Source: Atractiella rhizophila (taxonomy: Eukaryota). Taken from it: a stretch of DNA of 64,000 nt. Numbering within the stretch: position 1 is the stretch's first letter; each line of letters begins with the position of its first letter. Below the pieces are notes generated by a model. It made no database searches, had not been told where the DNA came from, and was given only the letters and a program-made list of their open reading frames with translations. Made by a program: the position numbers and the translations under genes. Location of the stretch: positions 62,001-126,000 of the forward strand of contig MU271235.1 of NCBI GenBank assembly GCA_021432655.1, read 5' to 3'. Shown piece by piece: positions 1 to 13,770 of the stretch.

Positions 1-276
1 TCTACTTCGCACAGTTTCCGCACGCGGAGATGCTCAAACATATCGCTCTAATTTTTTCTCAACAACCGTTCTAATCGAAGATAGATGGAGAGGAAACTTA
101 CAGCATCGCTTGACCTGGCTGTCTTCCGTACCTTCCCACAATCTACATCTCCCGCGTTCCAACTGTGCTCACCAAGTCCGCTGCGAAGATGACCTCACGC
201 TCGACGGCGGGATACTTTGTCTGTATGCAAAATGATAAGATAACAGAGGAGCGAGAAGACAAACGTTTCTCTTGTC

Positions 277-380
277 AGGTCAATGGTACACGAGACGGTT
301 ATAAGGTATGTTGCTATGTTGCTATCCCTTTGACCACGGCTTCTACTGACAGCAACATAGTACCTTGCGTATTGTCTGAT

Positions 381-381
<1 letters not shown>
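277..381 (+). pseudogene. Duplicated 3' tip of the cullin gene (last two exon pieces plus intron)
   Basis: Near-identical to 5884-5989 (AGGTCAATGGTACACGAGACGGTTATAAG-intron-TACCTTGCG); stop TAG changed to TAT. Confidence 0.9.
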
Positions 382-887
<506 letters not shown>

Positions 888-1155
888 TTACGTCTCTCCC
901 CATTCACACTTAAAGTTGCTAGATCATTGGATAAAGTGCTTAATCGACTGTTTCAAGGAATTCAATAATAAAACCGTCCCGCCTTACGCGTATTTTACCG
1001 ACATTTTATACCATTTAACGTACTCTCTCCCTGCGCCTGTGCCTGTGTTGCCCTCTTATCAAATCAAACCGAACCGCCAGCTTTCTGTCCTCACCAAACC
1101 TGCTAGAAATGACTCTAATCGATTTCACACGAATGTTACTATATTCACTCTTGAA

Positions 1156-1630
1156 CTACGCAAATTTCACAAAGAAATTACGGGAGCTTCGATCGCAGTA
1201 GAACCACGTTGGTTCTCCTTCCACTCTCAAAGCCTTTTTAGCCGCCTCTACATAATCTTTGTCTCTCGCCCTTTCGAGCCCCTCGGGCGTGGAGTTTGTC
1301 GCGATGTACGCCACCCTTTCCATCGCGTAAGCTCTACCCTGGGAGGATGTTCCGTATTGCTCTTTCCTGTCCCCAAGATAATCCAATTAGCACTAGCAAG
1401 TGTGTTGGAATGGGAGAAAGTGCTTACGGCAAGCCCGCCTCCGCCCACCACCTAGGAAGGAGGTCCTCCATGACCCTGTTTTCAACATTGCCATTTCCAA
1501 AATGCTCTGTCGCGTATTTCTGGAGAACTTCACGAGGGATTTTCCAGCCGAAGCAATACTTGGGGTGAGAAGTGGAATCATAGAGCGGAGGCTCCTGGTC
1601 CAACTGCAGGGGAAACTTCAATTCCCACAT
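1156..1630 (-). CDS. Small hypothetical protein, at least two exons
   Basis: ORFs 1424-1654 and 1156-1386 can be joined by a GTAAG...CTAAT...CAG intron; ends ...LRVEGEPTWFYCD; start uncertain. Confidence 0.55.
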
Positions 1631-2199
1631 CGCTCCTTCCCTGCAAACATCCATCAGTCATGAGGCTCCAGTGGTAGAGATAAAACAGGTACATTGTTGT
1701 AGCTTCGGCCTTAAGCTCAGTTCAGTTTATCGGGATGTGTTGATAATTCAGTTTGGTTGTTTGTTTGTCTGATTCGCACGTGTCGCATTGGGGAACGCGC
1801 ATATGAAATTGATAACGGCACCAAAACGTCTCCCTTCCTCGCTCACTGCCCTAATTGCCAAGCAGACGTCATAACACCACTGCCAGTATCACAGCCGAAA
1901 TGATTCGACACTGCACCAGGTGAACGTGGTAACTGGTAAACCGAGAACCGAGAATCCAGGTTCCAGGCGGACGAAGGGACCCACCGCGCGGGCACATTGA
2001 CCTGACAGTTCTCCAGTTACCGCTCCATCACTGAACAAAGGTGCAAACTTAGGCAGCGGCCGAACGAGGGCGACGAGGAAGCGTCAGTTGCCGGGGTATG
2101 AAAGTCTTCTGATTCTCTCTGATATCTCTTGTCATCTCCTTCCCAGCTACATATTCTTCTAAGCTGCATCTACTATACGCCACGGCCAGCAACTGAGAC

Positions 2200-5100
2200 A
2201 TGCCCTCTCTATCCTGGAACGACTGGTACCACGACGACACGATCGCTCCTCGTGGAGCGCGAAAGAAGCGTCGATTCTACTTGACAGGCATCCGCAATCC
2301 CTATCCACCAGGCACCCGTGCCGACTCAACCAGCAAAGCCAAGACCAAGACTCCAAAACCTCCCAAAGCGCCCAAAGCGAAAAGGTTGAAGAGCAGCAGC
2401 GCGTCGACGGATGGCGGGGGACGTCTTCGCACTCTGCCCACGTTTCTGCTGCATGCACTGAAACGTAAACCCAAGCCCGTCAATGTCGCCGCTACTACGC
2501 CTGCGACGAAGAATGACGCGAAGACGAAGGAGCAGAAGGGTGTCGATACAAAAGGAACCCCCTTGCCTCCGCCAACGGTCGTCAAACCCGATCCGATCGT
2601 GGCTAAAGTGGGAAATGTGGGAGAAGTGAAGGCTAAAGATAGAGTGAGGGGAGAGAAGAAGAGGGCGGAGAGTGCTAAGACTGTTTGGGAACGGTTGGAG
2701 GGATGGTTGGAAGATCGCGAGGCTGTGGTTGACGAAGATATGATCAAAAGGTGCATTCATCCTGTGTCTTTTTCCTTCTCATCTTCCTTACCCTGCGTTC
2801 TGAAGAGAGCTAATGGATACATTAGTTGGGTGAAAGAATACATATCCAAGTCCCCAGCGTCCCCAGAACTTTCCCATCGTGTGTTCTCCATTCCTCACTC
2901 GCACATTCGCTGATCGAATCAAAAGTGACCGACAGATATGGAACACATGGTGGACCGCTCCACCTCCTCACACACATTGAGACCTGCCTCTCTTCCTTCC
3001 TCACCCTCAGCCTCACCACCCTCCTCACCCTTTCCTCCCCGGTCCAGATCTTCACCACTTACTCTTCCGCCTATCGTCAAGTCTTCGAGAAGGCGAACGC
3101 TCTTGATAGGGTCATTGCGCAGAGCAATGCTGAGTTGCGGGATGAGACTGCAGCCGACGCAGTGGGGGGTATACCCCAGATATTGTTTCCTGACGACACA
3201 TCCAGGCAGAGTACACTCCGACCAGTATTCAAGGATTATGGATACGAAGCTCCTCGTTCGATCTTGCAGGTATGTCTCTAGCTCTAATGGCACAGATGAT
3301 GGATCTGACGGACGGAATGGAACACACAGATGATGACCAACCTCTGGCGAGAAGACCTGCACTCTGCCATCTCTGGCAAACTCGAAGAGTCCGTCCTCGA
3401 ATTCGTCCGCGCAAATGACGGAGAGATCATCTTTCCCTCGACTGGTAAATTGGTCCTTCCTCCTTGGAAGGATGGGAAAACACCAAGCTCCTCCATACGA
3501 GAATCAGCCTTGAATGTAAATGGAGGAAATAGGTTGGAGAGGTTGGAGGAGTTGGAGGCGCTGAAAGATTTCATCGAATGTCTCTGTCAGTTCCTCTCCT
3601 TCACACACGAAGACTGTGGAGAACAGCTCCCAGGGAAGCTAGGCTGACGTTATAGAACAGATGAACTGGACCCCGAAATTTATTCGGACACATTCGAACG
3701 TCCCCTCCTCAGGCACCTCTACGGAACTTACCGCAGCTCCATCTCATCCATTTACCCTTCATCCTCCTCACCCTCCACATCCACATCTGGGCCAGCGCTA
3801 ACCACTTTGCGTTCCTACCTCGAAGATGGCGAGCGCTCACTCACATCAGAAGAAAAGAACCTCAGGCTCTCGTTCCTCGGTTCTTTCCAGGGTGTCCGGA
3901 GGAAGATTGGGGATTTCCTCTCTGCACTGATCGTTCTAGGTGCTGTAGAAATACCTGGTTTTGACGACATGGTTTGGCCTTTGGAGGGAAGACTAAAGAG
4001 CGAAGAAGGGGAAGGAATAATAAGTACGTTTCTACATTTTCTTTCTCCCAATGAAGCGAGCCTGGCATGAATGACGACGGTATGGCTGGGTGTAGGATTG
4101 AAGGACATGACTAACGCTTGGATGAAGGCCGACGACGGAGGCGGGAAGGAGATGGCAACGGATTTGGAGAATTTGGTGGTTGCAGTAGGGAACAAGGAAG
4201 GGAAGGAGAGAAAAGGAGGGGAGAGGATGAAGTACTTCCTCGCATTGAGAGGGAGCTGTTTGCAATTAGCCAAGGAGTTCTTCAACGGTTCGTCACCACG
4301 TGGTCTCTCAGAACTACAAGAACTGATTTATGAAATGGATAGATGATATTCGCGTGGGAATGGCCGTCGAGAAGGCCTTCCATAAATTGGTCAATACCAA
4401 AGAAACCGCAGGGGAGATGTCGCCTTCCTATCTCCTGGCGGTTTATGTCGATGGACTCCTCTCAACCAATCTCGCTGCAAGTCCTTCCTCTCCGCAATCC
4501 CAGGGTGAGACAGTCAACTTTGAAGGCGTCGTGAGTCTCTACGCTCCCTATTCACGCAACGGGGAGAAACGAGGTGTTGATGATGTCATGGCGGGATAGA
4601 TGCGCTTTTTCAATGCTCTTGAAGACAAAGATGCCTTCCTTGCTTATCATGCTAGGTTTTACATCCGCCGAGTAGTGAAAGGGCAGAGCATCTCGCATGA
4701 AGAGGAGGACAGACTCGTGAACACTCTTTCGACAGTAGGAGAAACTAGGAAGCTAAGCCAGTTAGTTCGAGGTCCGTCGTTGATTTTCAACGCGCTATAG
4801 ATCCACTGATGCGGTAATACAGACTCGAAGGTATCTGAAGATTTAACGAGCACCTTTCAGAATCGGCAGAAGGGACTGTCTATCCTTGCGTCCCCATCTG
4901 AGTGGAACACGTCCCCGATCGTGAGAATGACAGGCCTGAGCATGCACGTCTTCTCCTCCTGGACCTACGCTCTGAAACAATGCGAATGGCAATTGGTGCT
5001 TCCACCAGAGCTGTTGGAGACATGTCAGGCGTTCACGGCCTTTTATAAGACGAAATTCAAGTGACTATTTCTTCTCTCCTTTTGCAGTAGAGCTGAATGC

Positions 5101-5980
5101 TGATGCTGGTCTTTGTCCCCCGAAGCAATCGGACCCTACTTTGGCAATGGAACGTCTCAGCAGTGGAGCTTCAGACTTTGTATACCAAAGGGAAGAAATA
5201 CCTCTACTCTCTTTCGCTCCTACAGGCTACGATCCTTCTCCAATTCAACAACGAATCGACGACCACCTTTTCCCGCGCCGAGGTAAAGGACAAGATCGGA
5301 ATGAATCGAAACAGCGAAGGTGAAAATGAATCTGTCGAGACCGCGTTAGATAGACTGGTTAACGCTCGGGTTCTCATTTTGACGGAAGACAACTACAAAC
5401 TGAATCTCGGTCTGCTTCTTGTCTTTCTCCATCGAAACAATCTAATTCATGAAACGTTCATGCAGATGCAAGGTTCAAGAATGTGAAAGTACAGCTTGAT
5501 CGAGCAATCAAAGCACCTGCAGGAAACGGAAAGGAGAAAGAGGTGCAGAAGGAGAAGAACGACGATGATGATGTCGAAGAAGCCATCTGGAGGGACCGTT
5601 CACTTACCATTCAAGCGAGTATTGTTCGGTGGGTCTCTTCCCACTCTGAATGGATGAGTATCGCTGATGATCACATTCAACGTCAGATCGATGAAAAAGC
5701 ATCAGACAATGGAGTATCAGGCTCTCGTTCTCGTTCGCAGCTCTCTACTCCTTTTTAAAGAGGTCTATTGAAACCTGATGTAGGAAACCATTGAATCCCT
5801 CAAGGACAGATTTAGGCCACAACCCAAAGATATCAAACGAGCCTTGGAAACGCTGTTAGAAAAGGAATATGTTGAGAGGACAAAGGTCAATGGTACACGA
5901 GACGGTTATAAGGTATGTTGCTATGTTGCTATCCCTTTGACCACGGCGTGCTCTGACAGTGACAATAGTACCTTGCGTAG
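2200..5980 (+). CDS. Divergent cullin-family protein, multi-exon
   Basis: Cullin motifs LLAVYVDGLL, LEDKDAFLAYHARF, LLWQW..S.VEL, SLLQATILLQFN; spliced C-terminus IQASIVRSMKK...IKRALETLLEKEYVER...YKYLA*; 5' start approximate. Confidence 0.85.
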
Positions 5981-6085
5981 TGTCTGATACCTGTTTCTCG
6001 CGATTGTTTATATCTTCATCTCCATATCCTTAAGTATGTGTCGTCGCCTCCGATGGTTTGTATTTTTCTTAGCCTTTCTCAAGCA

Positions 6086-7260
6086 TCATCGCAATGTAAC
6101 ATTACTCGTTTGGATAACCCCTAACGCGTTTCTGAATCCTCCAGTAGTTCTTGTCGAAGGAGATATGGAGGACTTGGATCTGTTGTGCAGATAAGTTGTG
6201 CTCCTCGATAGACGCTTGAATTCTTCCGGTTTGGTTGCCTCGAGGACGTATTGGATTGCTTCCACTACGTTCTGCTCTTCCTCCTCTGGTTCCTCCTCCC
6301 TCTCCTCTTCCCATCTCACATCCTCTATCACTTCCCTCTTTACTTCTAGGCCCAGTTCTTCCAGTGTATGGTAGGTGTAGAACACTGGCATGCCAAATTC
6401 TGTCCATCCTGCTTGAGCCGTTTTCACCACTGGTGGTTTAAAGTTGACTCTTTTGTGGGGTTGCTGTGCCAACATGAGCTGCTGTAGAACGGGCAGTCAG
6501 TGGAGGGGGAGGCACCACATGTCAATAGCTTGCAATATGAGTTGAGGACGGAACTTTGAGGTGCGTGCCAGTCCTGTGAGCCACAAAGGTTAGGATGTGT
6601 CCCCCTTGCTCCTCAATGTGGAGTGGAGGATAAACATTGTCTCCGAACTTGGAGGCAACTGAAAGGTCAGAGAGAATGTCGGCAAACTTATAATGTAGAG
6701 AGCGAAGTATGGCGTCGCAAAGTCTTTCTGATTCCACCACTTTGCACTAACAATCCCCAATCACTTGTTAGTGAGTGCAAATGATATAAACGAATATGTG
6801 ATTGGGAGAAAGAAAAGGAAAGAAAACACATCAAGCATACTTATAAGTCCGGACTAGCGGTGAAGTGCACATGTTTGGCACGGCATCCGGAACGCAATGC
6901 AAATAGAACAAACAAGCGACATCCACGGATCTCCAACACTGATTCAGACTGGAGAAAGGTTTCCAAAGTTTGTCAAAGGTTTCGAAGAAAAGTGTTGTTT
7001 TGGCCAGGTTCACCTCCACACCGTCCCTTTCCACCACCTCTATGAGACCCTTGTGGCAAGTATCCATAAGAGATCTGGGTTCAGCAGAATACAGTAAGTT
7101 GGCCAAGTCTGAAAGCTCGTAGAGAAAATGAGTATGTGGATTGGAAGTTTCCGGAATGAAGAAAGAGAGACCCAAGTTCATGTCTAGCAAGGCGTTGTTA
7201 CTCATCAGATTGCCCTCTGGTGCCATCTCCTTCAAGGTCACATATTTATCTTGGTGGGTG
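6086..7260 (-). CDS. Hypothetical multi-exon gene, 5' end cut by an LTR (possibly a pseudogene)
   Basis: Three consecutive minus-strand ORFs (6831-7277, 6522-6740, 6086-6475) separated by intron-sized gaps; no recognised domain. Confidence 0.4.
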
Positions 7261-7262
7261 TG

Positions 7263-7685
7263 CGTTAGGGCTGACACTATGTGCGGTCGCCGATAGGCGA
7301 TGCGTCTGTAGTGGAGATAAACCTAAGTGCATGATATGACATGAAGACTAACCTGTAGTGGAGATAAACCTAAGAGAATACTCTAAGGTCACCTCCACTA
7401 CTCTCTGATCTATATATACAAGCGGAATAACACTGCCATAAAGCGTAGAGGAGAGCAGATGAAACATGTAAGAGAACTAAAAGGGGAAGTGACAGTGGGA
7501 TTACGCGGAGTTAATAAGAGGAGGATAGGCACAATTGGGCTAAGTGGTGATGTAGGTGCAAATGGGCGAACGGGCGACGGGAGACGCAGTGGCGAACGGG
7601 CGCCGATTCGCAGGGAACGCAAATGGGCGATAGGAGACGCAATCCGGCGAACGGGCACCGATTTGCATCTTACGCAAACCTGACA
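7263..7685 (-). repeat. 3' LTR of the Gypsy element
   Basis: Ends (C)GTTAGG...CCTGACA; G-rich PPT-like tract immediately upstream on the minus strand (7686-7695); homologous to LTR 19313-19753; internal repeat CTGTAGTGGAGATAAACCTAAG occurs twice. Confidence 0.8.
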
Positions 7686-8164
7686 ACACCCCCCAGTTTC
7701 TGTGGTGCTTGCAGTAAGCAGAAACTTCTACTTCGTGAGGTTTGCCAATTTTGCGAAACGTGCCTGAAGTACCAGCCGCCGCTCAGACAGAGATGAAATT
7801 GTTGGAGCAAAGAGACATTGTGTGCCTCGCAATTTGAGGAATTTTTCGAAGTTGACCAGGTGTTGTTTTGGTGTAATAAGTGTCCATTCTGCGAAAACAG
7901 GCTGGACAACTCACCAACGACCAAGTCGCCGACTTGTCCGTTGAGGAACAAGTCGGCGCCTTGCCTTGACCTAAGTATCAAAGACTAGGATTTCACCCGG
8001 CAAGGCTTATAGGGGTGTTGGACCCCTTAAAGTAAGGAGGACCCTTCAGCGCGTTTTCGTCGAAGGTTACGAAAACGCGCATTTGGGCGATTTTTGGCGG
8101 AGTTCGGTATGGAATCGGGACGAACTGCGAGAGGGTGTGCAGTGTGATAGTTTTTTATAGCATC

Positions 8165-11100
8165 CTACGAATTTTCTAGATCTGCGATGTTGATCCACTC
8201 GTCCTCAGATGGTGGATACCCTTTGTATCGAACGCGATATTTGAAAACTCTATTTCGGGTACCGAACCATTTCCCATCAACAATTGTTTCTACTTCCCAT
8301 TCCTCAATTCCATTCACCAATTCCGGTGGTGGTTTGGGCAACTGGACTCTGCCAGGGATGGAGTTACGCCCGTCGCTGAACTGACATGATTGTTGAGCGC
8401 AAATTCTGCGTTGGGGAGTCCTGAGTCCTTCCACCCAATTATCCTGAAGGTGATTACAGAAAATGCGCAAATATTGCTCAACTTCTTGGTTCATACGTTC
8501 AGTCTGGCCATCACTTTGTAGATGATAGGCTGTTGATGGTAAGCCTTTGATACCCAATAGGCGAAAAAGCGCAGATGTGAATTTAGACACAAACTCTTTT
8601 CCTCGATCGAAAATTGCGACATCGAAAAGTCCATGTAGCTTCCATACGTGGTCGCGAAAAAGTCTTGCAAGGCCCTCTGCATCCATCGTCAAATGGGTGG
8701 GGATGAGATGGGTGCGGAGTCTGTCAACTATGACAAAAATCGTGTCAAACCCCCCAGATTCTGGGAGTGGTCCAACCAAGTCCATGCTGACAATTTGCCA
8801 GCGACGTGTGGGAATGTCATTTGGTTGCAAAAACCCGACAGGTGGGGAAGGAAAGTTTTTCGTTCTGTGGCAAGTGTGACAGGCGCCGACATAGCAGCGC
8901 ACGTAATGTGCTAAACCTGGCCACCAGTAGTACCTTTTTATGAGAGCAGTCATCGATTTTACGCCTGGATGACCAGCGATTTGCGAATCATGCAGGTCTT
9001 GCAAAATCGAGCGGCAAATTTCGTCGTCGCGGGGAATGTAGAGTTTTCTGCGAAAATAGACAGCGCCATCGACTTCTTGCCACTCCCGTCGGCGAATTGT
9101 GTCGACTGGTTCGCCTAGGATCTCTCTCAAGGCTTTGACTACTTGTTCTTCCCGTTCAGGTACCTTTTCACGCGTTCCAGTATACTCAACTCCGACATTT
9201 GTCTTGTAAGCGCAACCGCGCTCCCAGTCGCGTTGATCGTGATACGATCCGTCTCGAAAAAACGTTCTGGGAGTAATACTACGTCGAAGTTGTCATAAGT
9301 CGCCGGTTTGAGATCCGGTCGCCGACTGAGCGCATCTGGTTTTGCAGAGTTTTGTCCAGGACGGTGTAAAAGAGTGGAGTTGAAGGATGCAAGTTCGGTG
9401 ATCCAGCGTGCCTGTCGCCGATTCAACTTTTGTGGCATTCTAAAACACTCAAGTTTTTTGTGATCGATCAAGATCAGAAATGGCTCATCAGTACCTTGAA
9501 GGTGTCTCCATTCATGCAGTCCACACATAATCGCGAGCATTTCTTTGTCGTAGGTGTCATAGTCAGCGTCGAGCGATTTTGACACGAGACCAAGAGGATG
9601 AAACTTCCCATCTGGCTTCATTTGCGAACAAAACAGCGCCTGTCGCGAAATTTGACACGTCAACTTTGAGCAAGAATTGTCCTATCTGTTCGGGATGTGC
9701 CAAAACAGGTGCCGAAGTCATGAGCTGTTCAAAGCGGCGAACGAACGTTGCCGATCTACCCCCCAGACCCAGGAAACCTCCATTTTCGTCAGTTCATATG
9801 AAGGTCGTGTGATGTGACTGAATCTGTCGCAAAAGCGGCAATAGAAATTAGCGAAACAGAGGAACATTTGGACTTCCTTCATTTTTTTGGTTGTGGCCAA
9901 TCCATCACTCCTGCAACTTTTACTGGATCTGGTTCAATCCCTCTGCTGGAAATGATCAAACCTAGATACTCCACCTCTTCTTCACACCAAACGCATTTCG
10001 GCAAATTTACATAAAGCCCATTTTCGGGCAAATTTGACAAACTTGTCGAACACGTTCCCAATGTTCTTCTTCAGTCTCTATCACAATCAGGATATTGTTG
10101 ACATATATGAAGATGAACGCAGCAGCGATCATCGCGAGAAAAATAGAGTTCAGGAAAGCCTGAAAAGTTGCCGGTAAGTTGCAGAGACCGAAATACATCA
10201 CCAATGGTTTGAAAAGCCCGCGATTTGTGCGAAACGCCGCTTTGTGCTCGTCTCCTTCTTTGATGCAAATGTTGTTGAAACCCTTTCTCAGGTCAATCTT
10301 GCGAAAAATTTCTTACCAGAGACCATAGAGAAAAGGTCAGCTTGGACAGGGAGTGGAGTTTTGTCCTTGATTGTGGCTTCATTCAACTTATGATAGCCGA
10401 AAAGAGGACGAAGTTCAGGTGAGTCTTTTTTGTGTGTAAAAAAGACGGAAGCACCATGTTCACCTGTGCTGGGACATATACGACCAGCACTCAGTTCAGC
10501 GTCAATGAATTGGTTGAGCACCACTTGTTCGTCTCTTTTCAAGGGGTAGATGGGACTAGCATATGGTTGAGCTTCTGGTTTGAGGTTGATAGCATGGTCC
10601 CAAGGCTGTCACGGAGGAAGCGAGGTTTTGAATTTTTCGTCGTCGAAAATATCTGAAAAATCGGCGATTTGCGTCGGTATTTCGACAACACTCTTTGGTC
10701 TCATCGCCGCTGCGTCTTTTGCCGGTTTCTGCGATTTTGTCATAGCAGCTCGTATTGAGGTAGACAATGGCGGGAAGTGTTCGCGAGTGGTAGACACGTC
10801 ATCTGCATTGCAACTGGTAGGGCAACGAGAGAACTCAACTTTCCCTGAATCCCAGTTGATCTCTGGATTGTGGTGTCTTAGCCATCATGACCTAAAATCA
10901 TGTTGACAGTCCCCAACTCCGCCACAGTGAATTGCCAAACTTCGTGATGGGCAGCGATCGAAATGGGTAAATAAGCGACAGAATGGTTGGAACCCCCCTG
11001 ATTGAGGGATCCGTCGTCGATGTTGTAAACGGGCACTGGGAAAGGGAGTTGAGTGACCGGTAGGTTGTATTCAGAAACGAGTTTTGGAGAAATGAAGGAA

Positions 11101-11450
11101 GTGGTTGCCCCGCTGTCGACGAGTGCCGATGTGGTGTGTCGGCGATGGGAGTGTGGGTGATGGAAAGCGGTTCTGAGCTTTGTCTTCGAACTGACAAGGG
11201 ATGCTGTTGTCAAGCGTAAGTGGACTTTGTCGTACATTTTGCGACTTCTGCGCATCTTTGTCTCCAGGAGGGAAAACATAATTTCGGGAATGGGGAGTCT
11301 TGTTTAGATGAGGGGAATAGTGTGCTGGACGGCGTTTTGTTGGATGTGATTTTAGATGACGTAAATGAATTGCAAGTCGGTGACGGGACTCTTCTTTCAC
11401 CCACCGCCGTCCTAAAAATCCTCCTCAAGATCTTTCGATTGGGTAACACT
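8165..11450 (-). pseudogene. pol: Gypsy pol pseudogene (protease, RT, RNase H, integrase, chromodomain)
   Basis: LVDSGATTSFIS; MYFGLCNLPATFQ; YVNN in place of YxDD; YDKEMLAI; HDSQIAGHPG..CHTC; SMDLV; DGQTERMNQEVEQYLR; EEWEVETI..YRVRYKGYPPSEDEW. Confidence 0.92.
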
Positions 11451-11770
11451 CGTTTTCAGTGACTGGTCGCCGAATTGCCCAAATTGTCATTCTTGGTGCA
11501 TCATTTTTGGATCAAAATATTCCCCTTGAGCTTGGAGATATTGTTCCTTGTTCATAGTCGTTCTACACTCTCTTTCCAGAACCCTATCTTTTGGCATCGT
11601 CTGCAACGGGGAGGTCTAGATTTTGTCGCATCGACTTCCATGTCATCGGGGTCCTTGGCCCTATGAGCATGTGTAGGGGCGTTTGGGGACAGATCGGCAA
11701 CCGTCGGCAAAGCGGCGCTCGGTCGATACGATACAGGTGTTCTGCTCTCTCTGTGCTTTGATGATTTTGA

Positions 11771-11860
11771 CACCCCAGTCGGCTCTCATTGAGGCTTACG
11801 AGACCGAGAATTGAAGACCAGATTCACAGCCTTCGAGACCGTGCCCCAGCCAATTCTTAA
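11771..11860 (+). repeat. Left TIR of the KDZ element
   Basis: Reverse complement aligns with 18648-18737 (shared core GTGAATCTGGTCTTCA.TTCTCGGTCTCGT). Confidence 0.9.
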
Positions 11861-12554
11861 AGCAGCTCTGAATTCGTGAATTGGCAGTGTGGTCTTGGGA
11901 AAGGCGAATTCCAAAATAGGAAAGCACTGAAGGCGGGAAGGCACCTCTATATCTGCCTCAATATTCGTCGTATCCCTCTGCTGCTATCCCCTGAATTGTA
12001 CACTAAGTTGAAAATGCACGCCATCCCACGTCTCCCCTTCTCTCCCCTTTAGATTTCACTGCTGTGGTCATGCGAAGAAGAGAAGAAGCCAGCTGCAGCG
12101 TAAGACAGAGCACACAGATGGTAAGCCAGTAAATCTTTCATTTGTGTTTGTGTGGAAATGTCTTCTATTGCAATAGTATATATAACGTTCGTCTCTTCCT
12201 GATGGTCTCTGAGACTACTAGGAAGTAGAAAAGACACCTCGTCTAGCATTGGTAGGCATGAGACATATCCCCTTTCAAGCACGGGCCTCCGAAGGTTTGT
12301 GGCCTCTTCGAGCAGCAACAGTGCCTTTCCCAAAACATGACTTACATTTCTTTCATCACTGATGCCGTGTTATCAGTACTCAGTACTTAACTCTGTCAAT
12401 TGAGCCGTAACATGCCGTTGCATGATATCAATTCAATGTGATTTACTTCCTGAAAGCAGAAATAGACAGAATATGGCACGGCGTCGATTTGGACTGGATC
12501 TTCAAAGCCGTCATCAGTTCCATTCGGTAGGAAATGAGAGAAGACATACCTTTA

Positions 12555-13770
12555 CTATCCCTCCAACCGTTGTTTCTTCCTACTACGTCCTGGTTTCTCC
12601 TGAAGGATGACATTACCTTGTTCTAGCTGCTCAATCAACACTTTTAGCCAGTTCTCATCTGCTCTTCGCAAACCGGCTTGCATGTGATGTACGAAGTCCT
12701 CCGCACTAAGCACGTCTGATTTTTTACAGTGGAAGCTCCATCCCTTGAAGATTTTGTCAAACTTTGCAACCGGCCATTCCTTGAAGTCTTGCTGCAATGC
12801 ATTACCTGTATTTTGAATTTCCTAAGGTCACATTTGTAACCAAATGGGGACAAAGCGCAACTCACTGGCAAGCCGTTTCAACAACTTTTTTGCATAAGTT
12901 TCTTTTTCATCCCGATACTGGCAATCGTCTAACGAGTGGAGTTGATCTACACAATAAATCAGATGTCTGGTGGTGAGATAGAATTGTCAACTGACCTTCG
13001 TGCTTCCGCAAGTGGTACACCGGCTCTCTCTTGTTTACTGCCTCAGATCGTGCAATCCTGCTAGGGAGGGTGTGTGGAGACTGTATATACGCTGCCATGT
13101 AGTTTAAAATTGAGAGACCGTGGGTCATGCCCTTGGTTTGAATACAATTTTCCGTCAGGAGTGTGTTGACAAAGCTACTTGCATTGTCAGATGACGCTTC
13201 CATCTTGAATGCCCCATTTCGAGCCTGCGATGAAACGCAGAAAATGACGAATTCACAGTGGGCAGCAGCAGACACATTGTTGATCTAGAGACATTCATGA
13301 ACTGAGTGCAGTCATAATGGTGGCAGCAAATAGACTGACCTCTCTTTTTGCCTTCTGCATGTAGGCTCTAGCTGTGCTCTCATCATCGGCATGTGACACC
13401 TTGAAGCTGTGGAAGCTGCTTTCCGAAGCCGCTTTGATCTTCTCAGCCTGTAGAAACAGATGTTCTTCCCCCGCCTCAATTGCAGCAGCTTTCAACTCTT
13501 CATACTTCTTGCCCAACATCTTCCCCCTATCGCCACCTCTGCGCATAGATCTGAGACAAAAAAAGGATTGCCCACAACTGAATTAAAGAGGTGATTTGAA
13601 TATTGATGAGTGACATTTTGTGTAGCATATGCTAGCAATTGTATCCGTTGACTTTTAGGATAGCCCTTCAGCAAATGAGAAAAATACGCACAAAGTCTCT
13701 GATTATTAGTGTTAAATCCATTTATACCTCCATTATTAGGCTCTGGACGATTACGTTCTCCCACTAACCG
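12555..13770 (-). CDS. KDZ-borne accessory gene of unknown function, multi-exon
   Basis: ORF pieces 13492-13911, 13295-13546, 12907-13275 and 12555-12797 in the same orientation inside the TIRs; boundaries approximate. Confidence 0.5.

Noticed and set aside
277..345. Thrice-repeated ~70-bp motif as a MITE or CRISPR-like repeat
   Set aside because: It is the cullin last exon/intron; no TIR, TSD or regular spacing
7670..7981. Second chromodomain after the integrase (NNTWSTSKNSSNC..LLQQFH)
   Set aside because: Only a weak partial resemblance; the N-terminal aromatic residues are not evident
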